Assembly: GCA_964390005.1 (NCBI GenBank)
Contig: CAYMGM010000003.1
Coordinates: 14,271 to 78,270, forward strand
Length of the DNA stretch: 64,000 nucleotides
DNA from: an uncultured Rhodospirillaceae bacterium
Lineage (GTDB): Bacteria; Pseudomonadota; Alphaproteobacteria; UBA9219
Reading direction: 5' to 3'
Shown piece by piece: positions 57,317 to 64,000 of this stretch (position 1 is the first letter of the stretch; every line of letters begins with the position of its first letter). The notes beneath the pieces were generated by a model. It was not told where the DNA came from. It did no database searches and saw only the letters and a list, made by a program, of their open reading frames with translations. Both the position numbers and the translations under genes were made by a program.

Positions 57317-58507
57317 TTATTTTTTCCCTCTGAGCTTGTCCAGATAGTCCGCCCATTTCTGCATCATCTTCCTGCGTTCAGCCAAATGTGCCGTTCGGTT
57401 ATAGGCGCGCCCGTTCGGGTCGCGAACGGCATGGGCGAGCTGATGCTCGATATAGTCCGGGCGAACATGTAGAACTTCGTCAAGAATTGTGCGAGCCATG
57501 GCGCGGAAACCGTGACCCGACATTTCGTTTTTTTCGAACCCCATGCGCCGCAGCGCACCGAGAACGGCATTTTCGCTCATGGGGCGTTGGCTTGATATGG
57601 CGCTGGGGAAGACGTATTTGCCCTTGCTCGTTAGAGGCTGCAGCTCCGTTAAAATATCCACGGCTTGGCGCGAGAGGGGGACAAGATGCGGCTCGCGCAT
57701 TTTCATGCGTTCAGCCGGAATGTTCCATTCGGCAGCCTTCAGGTCTATTTCCTGCCATTCCGCGTTACGAAGCTCCCCCGGACGGACAAAAACAAGCGGC
57801 GCCAGACGCAAGGCGCAACGCGTCACCAGATTTCCGTTGTAGGCGTCTATGGCCCTTAAAAGCCCGCCGATGGCCTTGGGATCTGTGATGGCGGCAAAAT
57901 GGCCTTCTTTGATTGGGGAAAGGGCTCCGCGCAAATCGATGCTGCAGTCCCGTTCGGCACGCCCGGTCGCCACCGCATAACGCAACACCTGACCACAGTT
58001 CTGTAAAGCCCGATGGGCTGTATCAATGGCTCCGCGTTTCTCAATGCGACGGATGACATCCAAAAGCTCATAAGGCTTAATGTCGCCGACGGGACGGCTT
58101 CCTATCCAAGGAAAGATATCGGCCTCAAGACGGCGAATGATTTTCTCGGCGTGGGCTTCGGCCCAAATCGAGGAGCGCCGTTCAAACCATTCTCTGGCAA
58201 CGACCTCGAATGTGTTTTTCTGGCCATCGGCCTTTGTTAGCTTGACCTGTTTACGGTTAAGGGAAGGGTCAATATCGAAAGCGATGTTTTTTCGTTCCTG
58301 ATCGCGGCGGACTCTGGCTTCTTTAAGGGTGATCTCGGGGTAGACGCCCAAGGAGAGCAGCTTCTCTTTGCCGCCGAAGCGGAACTTCAGCCGCCACCAC
58401 TTGTTTCCCGTGGGTGTTACCAAGAGAAACAGACCATCGGAATCATAGATTTTATAAGGCTTTTTGCGGGGTTTTGCGCTGCGAACGGCAGTGTCGGTAA
58501 GGGACAT
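57317..58507 (-). CDS. int: Tyrosine recombinase / integrase (P4-like)
   Basis: 396 aa; N-terminal 'LTDTAVRSAKP...YKIYDSDGLFLLVTPTGNKWWRLKFRFGGKEK' P4-int signature; adjacent to the tRNA 3' end. Confidence 0.9.
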   Translation of the reverse strand: MSLTDTAVRSAKPRKKPYKIYDSDGLFLLVTPTGNKWWRLKFRFGGKEKLLSLGVYPEITLKEARVRRDQERKNIAFDIDPSLNRKQVKLTKADGQKNTFEVVAREWFERRSSIWAEAHAEKIIRRLEADIFPWIGSRPVGDIKPYELLDVIRRIEKRGAIDTAHRALQNCGQVLRYAVATGRAERDCSIDLRGALSPIKEGHFAAITDPKAIGGLLRAIDAYNGNLVTRCALRLAPLVFVRPGELRNAEWQEIDLKAAEWNIPAERMKMREPHLVPLSRQAVDILTELQPLTSKGKYVFPSAISSQRPMSENAVLGALRRMGFEKNEMSGHGFRAMARTILDEVLHVRPDYIEHQLAHAVRDPNGRAYNRTAHLAERRKMMQKWADYLDKLRGKK

Positions 58508-58531
58508 TGGGGTAACTCCATATGTCAGATC

Positions 58532-58556
58532 ACCTATTACCCCACGATCTTACCCC
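58532..58556 (+). repeat. 25-bp repeat, partner of 5697-5721 (candidate arm-type site between int and the tRNA)
   Basis: acctattaccccacgatcttacccc. Confidence 0.5.
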
Positions 58557-58671
58557 AAAAAATCTTCGGCTGCCACCGGATTTCGCCGGAGCGCAATAGC
58601 CGAAAACGCGGCCTTTTTATTGGGTTTTTCGTGATTTTCCGGATGGTGCCGGATGCCTTCGGAAGGGTTTT

Positions 58672-58747
58672 TGGTGGACCTGATCGGGATCGAACCGACG
58701 ACCTCAACATTGCGAACGTTGCGCTCTCCCAGCTGAGCTACAGGCCC
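58672..58747 (-). tRNA. tRNA-Ala (anticodon CGC)
   Basis: Reverse complement GGGCCTGTAGCTCAGCTGGGAGAGCGCAACGTTCGCAATGTTGAGGTCGTCGGTTCGATCCCGATCAGGTCCACCA; G3:U70, loop TTCGCAA, TPsiC GGTTCGATCC, CCA encoded. Confidence 0.85.
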
Positions 58748-58963
58748 TTTCGCGACCGCACCAGACTTTCCGTGCGGGGCCCTCTTTATGAAAGCTGGGC
58801 GCGGCTCTGTCAAGCGCTTGATCGCGCCTTGGGCAGAAAACTTCTCGATCCTGCACCCTAAAGGCGTTTTCCTCTCAAGATAGTCTTGTCAGAGGCTTGG
58901 CTGATGCTTTAACCTGATCTTGGTTGTTAACCTTTTACCCTTCCTTTGTCGAAAGATTCGGTT

Positions 58964-59272
58964 ATGCCCGTCGTCTCGTCTTTTCTGGCCGCCTTTTTTG
59001 AAATCGCCGGGGTCGTCCTTGATCTTTACATTTGGGTCTTGCTGATCGGAGCGGTTCTTAGCTGGCTGATCGCCTTTGATATTGTCAACCGGGGCAACCG
59101 TTTTGTCCGGATGGTTGAAGATTTTTGCTATCGCGTGACCGAGCCGCTTTTGGGCCCGATCCGCCGTCGCTTGCCGCCCATGGGCGGGCTGGATTTGTCG
59201 CCGCTTCTTTTGATCTTTGCGGTGATGTTTGTTCAATCGTTCCTCCGGCACTTGATGATGAGCTTGCTATGA
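58964..59272 (+). CDS. yggT: YggT-family membrane protein
   Basis: [42 protein letters not shown]... typical YggT. Confidence 0.75.
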   Translation: MPVVSSFLAAFFEIAGVVLDLYIWVLLIGAVLSWLIAFDIVNRGNRFVRMVEDFCYRVTEPLLGPIRRRLPPMGGLDLSPLLLIFAVMFVQSFLRHLMMSLL

Positions 59273-60144
59273 CCGCAAAAATTATCGACGGCAAGACCGT
59301 CGCCGCCCGCGTCCGCCAAGGGGTGATGGCGCATACCGCCGAGCTGAAAAAGCGCTATGACCTTGTTCCGGGTCTTGCCGTTGTGCTGGTGGGTGAGGAT
59401 CCGGCAAGCCAGGTTTATGTGCGAAATAAGGTTAGAACTTGCGAGGAAATGGGCTTCCGGTCCTATAACCAGATTTTACCTGTCGAAACGACGCAAGACG
59501 AGCTTCTGGCTCTCATCGGCAAGCTAAATGCCGATCCGCAAGTTAACGGAATTTTGGTGCAGATGCCGCTTCCGCCACAGATCAATGAAAAAATCGTTAT
59601 CAATGCGATCGATCCGTTGAAAGATGTCGATGGCTTTCATCCCGTCAATGCGGGGCGCCTTGCGACGGGGTTGATGTCGTTGGTCCCTTGTACGCCGCAA
59701 GGCTGCTTGGTTTTGTTGGCCGAGGTGTTTCAAGATCTGGCGGGTAAACGCGCCGTGGTGATTGGACGCTCGAACATCGTTGGTAAGCCGCTTGCCCTGT
59801 TGCTTCTGCATGAAAACGCGACAGTAACCGTGGCGCATTCGCGCACGCGCGATTTGCCTGCGGTTTGCCGCGAGGCCGATATCCTTGTGGCGGCTGTCGG
59901 GCGACCCAAGTTTGTGCGCGGCGATTGGATCAAGCCAGGGGCCGTCGTCATTGATGTTGGGATCAATCGCATGACGGATGCAACAACCGGCAAAACCAAA
60001 TTGGTTGGCGACGTGAATTTTGAAGAAGCGGTTGAAAAAGCATCGGCCATCACACCGGTGCCGGGCGGCGTGGGGCCGATGACGATTGCGTGTTTGATGC
60101 AAAATACGCTGCAAGCGACACTAATGCAGAACGGCTGGGCCTAA
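59269..60144 (+). CDS. folD: Bifunctional methylenetetrahydrofolate dehydrogenase/cyclohydrolase FolD
   Basis: [12 protein letters not shown]...; '[14 protein letters not shown]', '[10 protein letters not shown]'. Confidence 0.9.
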   Translation: MTAKIIDGKTVAARVRQGVMAHTAELKKRYDLVPGLAVVLVGEDPASQVYVRNKVRTCEEMGFRSYNQILPVETTQDELLALIGKLNADPQVNGILVQMPLPPQINEKIVINAIDPLKDVDGFHPVNAGRLATGLMSLVPCTPQGCLVLLAEVFQDLAGKRAVVIGRSNIVGKPLALLLLHENATVTVAHSRTRDLPAVCREADILVAAVGRPKFVRGDWIKPGAVVIDVGINRMTDATTGKTKLVGDVNFEEAVEKASAITPVPGGVGPMTIACLMQNTLQATLMQNGWA

Positions 60145-60147
60145 GTA

Positions 60148-60924
60148 ATGACGGAAAAACTGAGCGCCTTGATTGTCGCGCGCAATGAAGAAACGCGCCT
60201 TGAAGCGTGTCTTCAGGCGCTTGGCTTTGTCGATGAGATTGTGGTCGTCTTAGATCGTTCGACCGATGGATCGGCGGCGTTGGCGCAAGCCCACGGCGCT
60301 AAAGTTCTTGAAGGCGCGTGGCCCATCGAGGGCGCGCGCCGCGCGGCAGGGCAAGAGGCCTGCGCCGGGCCTTGGATCCTTGAAGTCGATGCCGATGAGC
60401 TTGTCAGCCCGGCGCTGGCCGATGAGATCAAACAGGTTCTCAGCACGCGCTCCGCCGATGGCCCTGATTGGTGGCGCATTCCGTTTGATAATTATATTGG
60501 CAAGCGGCTGGTGCGGTATGGCTGGGGTGCGCAGTTTGGCGTTGGCGCGAAGGCCATTTTGTTCCGTAAGGGCTTGAAAAGCTGGGGGAGCCAACGGGTT
60601 CATCCGCGCGTTCAAATGGCCGGGGCGCAAGGGACAACCTTGACGCAAACGATGCGGCACGAATTGGACGACAACATCTCCGATATGCTGCAGCGGTTGG
60701 ATCGCTATACGACGCTGCATGCCGAGGATTTGATAGATGAGGGTAAAGTCGGCACGCTGCGTAAAAACGTTTTGCGCATCTTTGGCCGTTTCTGGAAATG
60801 CTATGTCCGGCGCAAAGGTCATCGTGAAGGCGGCCTTGGGCTTGCCATCGCGATCTTTGCCGGACTTTATCCATTTTTGTCGTATTTAAAGGCCGTTGAG
60901 AAGCAAGAAGCGTTAACTGGTTAA
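60148..60924 (+). CDS. Family 2 glycosyltransferase
   Basis: 'LSALIVARNEE', 'EVDADE' DxD. Confidence 0.75.
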   Translation: MTEKLSALIVARNEETRLEACLQALGFVDEIVVVLDRSTDGSAALAQAHGAKVLEGAWPIEGARRAAGQEACAGPWILEVDADELVSPALADEIKQVLSTRSADGPDWWRIPFDNYIGKRLVRYGWGAQFGVGAKAILFRKGLKSWGSQRVHPRVQMAGAQGTTLTQTMRHELDDNISDMLQRLDRYTTLHAEDLIDEGKVGTLRKNVLRIFGRFWKCYVRRKGHREGGLGLAIAIFAGLYPFLSYLKAVEKQEALTG

Positions 60925-61051
60925 TTTTAATTGACCTTTGACGGTCTTTTTGTTGAAAACACCCCAAATTTCATTTTGAAACTATTCCAAAACACCCTTC
61001 CTATATGGTAGGGTGCCATACCTTTCTTTAATTTTTTTTTGCGTGGCGTGC

Positions 61052-63406
61052 ATGCGGTATTCTTTTTCGCATTTTTTGAAACAGACCTTGCTGGCCGGTG
61101 TCTCTCTTTTAACCTTGGCCACCCCCTTTTCAAAAGCCGAAGCGGCCTTTGCGCCCGATATGAAAGCGGTCAAGGACGTTGCCGCCGTTGAAAAGGCTCA
61201 AACGGCTTCGTCTGCTGTGCAGCTTGTTCAAGGCACGATGGGGCGCGCTTTTTTCTCAAGCGCGGTCAAGGGCGGCGTTCCCGCGCCTGTAGTCATGGAA
61301 CTGGTCGAAGAATTCCGAAAGCAGCATATTAATTTTAAGCATTTGGATCGTTCGGACGGTTTTGCCATTTTGATGAAGGATGGCAAAGTCGTTGGTGCCC
61401 AGATTTCATTCCGTGAAAAAATTTATCGTGTCGGTGATAGCCAACAATTGCAAGATGCTTTGTACAATCCAGCGGCGTCTGAAACGCCGGCACCTGCGCC
61501 TGCTGTCACGCCGCCCGCGCCTGTTCAAACGGTTTCGACGCCAGAGCCCTCATCGCCTTTGGCGGCTGCGGGGTTGGCCGAGCCTGCGCTTGAGGCGCAA
61601 AGCAAGCCGAAGCCGCCAGCGCCAGCCGTGAAGAAAGAGGAAGCTGCGCAAGAAAAACCTGCCCGCAAAGGGAAAGACCAAAAAAAGAAAACGGCTATAG
61701 CCGCCGCGCAGGATGAAGTGACAACGCCACGCGTCGCGCCGCTTGAGGCAAAAGAATACACGCTGCACAAGGGCGAAGGGCTTGAGGCGCTTCTCTTGCA
61801 GAGGGCGGGGATTGTTTCGCGTCAAGAGGTGCGCAAGGCGCTTGGGAAAATTGGTGGGGCTCTCGACAGCGCTTCATTGCCGGAAGGGTTGAAGATTGAC
61901 GTCGTTCAACGTCAAGGCGTTTTGCAAAGCTTTTCCTTTGTTGCTGCCGATAAAGGAAAGATGGGATCGGCCCGCTATGTGATCGAACGCACGGCGCTGG
62001 GGGGCTTTAGGCTGCGCAAGGATGCCAGCGGTTTTACGACCAAGCTTGTCGTCGGTATGGGCGAGATCCAACACAATCCCTCTACCGATTTGAAACAGGC
62101 CGGGGCGCGCGGCAATGAAATCGCTAAAATCGCGCTTGAGCTTAGCGGCTCGGATCGCTTGGCCAAACTTCCCAAAGGATCGGGCTTTACCTTTGTGATG
62201 AAGCGCCGCTTGGCGCCAGATGGAACGGTCCTTGCCAGTGAACCGGCGTATATTGCGATAGGTGGGCAAGAATATCTTTTTGCAAGATTCGCAGGCCAAA
62301 AAACGCATGCCTACGATTTAGCGGGCGAAGCCGTTGGGCCTGTGATGATTGTGCCCGTCAAAGGCGTAAAGACGTCAGGTTTTGGTTGGCGTCCTGATCC
62401 CATGAATCCTGACCACATGCAGAAACATAATGGAAATGACATTGCGGCGCCGATTGGATCTGCTGTTGTCGCGATGACTCGTGGAAGGATTGTTGAAAGC
62501 GGCACCAGCGCTGAAGGCGGTAACTTTTTAGTCGTCGATTGTGGTGGTGGGCTGCGCTTTAAGCTGTTGCATTTGCGAGACCGGACTTTTTTGCCGGTCG
62601 GGTCGATGGTTGAGCAAGGGCAGTTGATTGCTTATGTTGGCAATACGGGGATCCGGACAACGGGCCCTCACACCCATGTGCGGGTCGAGTTTATGGGCCA
62701 ACCGCGTGATGCCGAAGAGTTTTGGAATTTAGCCAAACTTACAGGCCCTTCGTTGCAGGCCTTGAAAGCGAAGAAGCGGGTCATTGATTATGCTATTCAG
62801 GCGGCGATTGCCGAAAAAGAGCTGAAAAGCAAATATCAAAGCATCATGATCCAAGACCGCCAGGCTCAGATGTTGAAGGGCAAGGCAGCCGGTGAGGCCG
62901 CGTTAACACAGACAATCGCGCAGGGCATGAAGCTGGCCGGTCATGGGGTGACGTTGCCGGGCGGGGCTCTTTCAAACGAGATTTATTATGCAACGCTAGC
63001 GCGTTTGACGGGCAAAGAAGCCTTGGGGCAAAAAGCGGATGATAAGCCATCTTATCAGCAGCTGGTGGCCCAGATTCGTAAGGAAAAAGATTACCAAGCC
63101 AAGGTGGATGCGTATTTCGATGCCGTTGCGGCGCGGACAAAATATCCGACTTTGTTGCCGGGGGCTGCGCCTTTGGCTGTGACGGCCAGCGAAGACAAAA
63201 TGCCAGATAATAAGACCTTGGCGGCGTTGGGCGTCAAAACAGATGATTTGACAGGTATCGGTGGTCCTTTGGATGATGAGGGGACGATCTTGTCCGTCGA
63301 AAAAATGTCGCCGTCTTTGGAAAAACCAAACAGTGCGGCGGCGCACGGGCGTCACAGGCATCATTGGGCGCTGCGCCAGCATAAGAACGTCGCGCCAAAA
63401 CGTTAA
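61052..63406 (+). CDS. M23-family (LytM) metallopeptidase with long N-terminal region
   Basis: Signal peptide; C-terminal 'HNGNDIAAPIGSAV', 'GNTGIRTTGPHTHVRVE'. Confidence 0.75.
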   Translation: MRYSFSHFLKQTLLAGVSLLTLATPFSKAEAAFAPDMKAVKDVAAVEKAQTASSAVQLVQGTMGRAFFSSAVKGGVPAPVVMELVEEFRKQHINFKHLDRSDGFAILMKDGKVVGAQISFREKIYRVGDSQQLQDALYNPAASETPAPAPAVTPPAPVQTVSTPEPSSPLAAAGLAEPALEAQSKPKPPAPAVKKEEAAQEKPARKGKDQKKKTAIAAAQDEVTTPRVAPLEAKEYTLHKGEGLEALLLQRAGIVSRQEVRKALGKIGGALDSASLPEGLKIDVVQRQGVLQSFSFVAADKGKMGSARYVIERTALGGFRLRKDASGFTTKLVVGMGEIQHNPSTDLKQAGARGNEIAKIALELSGSDRLAKLPKGSGFTFVMKRRLAPDGTVLASEPAYIAIGGQEYLFARFAGQKTHAYDLAGEAVGPVMIVPVKGVKTSGFGWRPDPMNPDHMQKHNGNDIAAPIGSAVVAMTRGRIVESGTSAEGGNFLVVDCGGGLRFKLLHLRDRTFLPVGSMVEQGQLIAYVGNTGIRTTGPHTHVRVEFMGQPRDAEEFWNLAKLTGPSLQALKAKKRVIDYAIQAAIAEKELKSKYQSIMIQDRQAQMLKGKAAGEAALTQTIAQGMKLAGHGVTLPGGALSNEIYYATLARLTGKEALGQKADDKPSYQQLVAQIRKEKDYQAKVDAYFDAVAARTKYPTLLPGAAPLAVTASEDKMPDNKTLAALGVKTDDLTGIGGPLDDEGTILSVEKMSPSLEKPNSAAAHGRHRHHWALRQHKNVAPKR

Positions 63407-63636
63407 GGCGTATGCAGGTAAACGGTTTAGAATAAGGCCATTTTGTGAAATTGGCCTTTCAAGGCGACGGAAAACATTTTTTCGTCACGTTTTCTTTGTA
63501 GATTTTGAGCCGTTCAAAAAACAAAAAGAAGAAGGGATCGGTTTCGATCACCCTGACGAAAGGGCGACGCGAAAAACACGTGAAATTTGTGCACGAGAGA
63601 GAGTGCCTCCATGAGAAAAAGGTGAAGACGCAGAAG

Positions 63637-64000
63637 ATGGAAGAGAAGAAAAAGAATATTGGTGTTGTTTCTATTTTACAGGCTTGTGTTTTAACGGGCT
63701 CGGTTCTTTTAGCGCATCCCGTCGCTGCCGGGCAGACAAAAGAAGCGGCAAAGAAAGAAGCGCCTGCAGATCATCATGCGATCAGCCCGCAGCGTGCCGA
63801 GGAAATTGACGCTTGTGTGGTTCGCTTTATCGATAAAGGTCTTTGGACTGTGGCGTGTCATGTCGGGGCCGTCAGCGGGCAAGCGCCAGAGAACCAATTT
63901 TTATACCCGTTCAACGAGACACGTGTCGGCTTGGCCGATAAAGGCAAAGGCGAAAACGGCTCAAATTTTTATCGCTATGAGCCCGAACGTTTTGTCGAAG
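63637..64000 (+). CDS. Partial CDS (runs off window): secreted hypothetical protein
   Basis: ATG 63637; MEEKKKNIGVVSILQACVLTGSVLLAHPVAAGQ signal-like; no stop before window end. Confidence 0.35.
   Translation, partial: MEEKKKNIGVVSILQACVLTGSVLLAHPVAAGQTKEAAKKEAPADHHAISPQRAEEIDACVVRFIDKGLWTVACHVGAVSGQAPENQFLYPFNETRVGLADKGKGENGSNFYRYEPERFVE

Larger units (their letters stand above)
5627..58690. mobile_element. tRNA-Ala-integrated genomic island (~53 kb): Trb/P-type ICE (about 23.1-58.5 kb) carrying a defence island (about 5.6-23.1 kb)
   Basis: Integrase next to the tRNA 3' end, full T4SS/relaxase/coupling protein set, att-like and arm-like repeats at both ends, and compositional breaks. Confidence 0.6.

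Noticed and set aside
1-64000. CRISPR arrays, rRNA genes, IS elements/transposases, integrons
   Set aside because: No regularly spaced short direct repeats and no transposase-like ORFs or terminal IRs were seen. The only recombinase is the P4-like integrase

Overview
The central ~53 kb of this window (roughly 5.6–58.7 kb) looks like one genomic island inserted at the 3' end of a tRNA-Ala(CGC) gene (58672-58747, minus strand). It is flanked by ordinary chromosomal genes of a high-GC alphaproteobacterium. On the left are SpoU-type RNA methyltransferase, HAD hydrolase, alpha/beta hydrolase, an otsB remnant and a Zn-dependent alcohol dehydrogenase. On the right are yggT, folD, a GT2 glycosyltransferase and an M23 peptidase.

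The tRNA-proximal ~35 kb of the island (about 23.1–58.5 kb) is a complete integrative conjugative element of the alphaproteobacterial Trb/P-type family:
- P4-like tyrosine integrase and AlpA regulator at the tRNA end.
- Leading-region genes: DUF2285, ParB-like nuclease, a large N6-methyltransferase/helicase fusion, toprim protein, DUF2493, two DUF736 and two HTH paralogs.
- Transfer genes: TraF peptidase, lytic transglycosylase, relaxase, TraG/VirD4, CopG, trbBCDEJLFGI and DUF2274.
- AT-rich cargo modules.

The distal ~18 kb of the island (about 5.6–23.1 kb) is a defence island:
- A DUF5710-HNH protein.
- A ~1140 aa nuclease-SF1 helicase fusion (Nhi-like).
- A WYL-domain (BrxR/CapW-like) regulator with a DUF4238-like gene.
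- A six-gene, translationally coupled operon. It starts with an SNF2 helicase and ends with a type III Mod/Res pair. Embedded in it are an AT-rich two-gene cassette (2-TM membrane protein plus Panacea/DUF4065-domain protein, i.e. a PanT/PanA-like toxin-antitoxin candidate) and a small membrane-anchored ORF between mod and res.

A degraded ~290 bp copy of the junction 'helicase 3' end to mod 5' start' sits at the island's left edge (5341-5626) without the embedded cassette. This is consistent with the cassette being a later insertion. Candidate att core and arm-type repeats are visible at both island ends.

No CRISPR array, rRNA gene or recognisable IS/transposase was seen.
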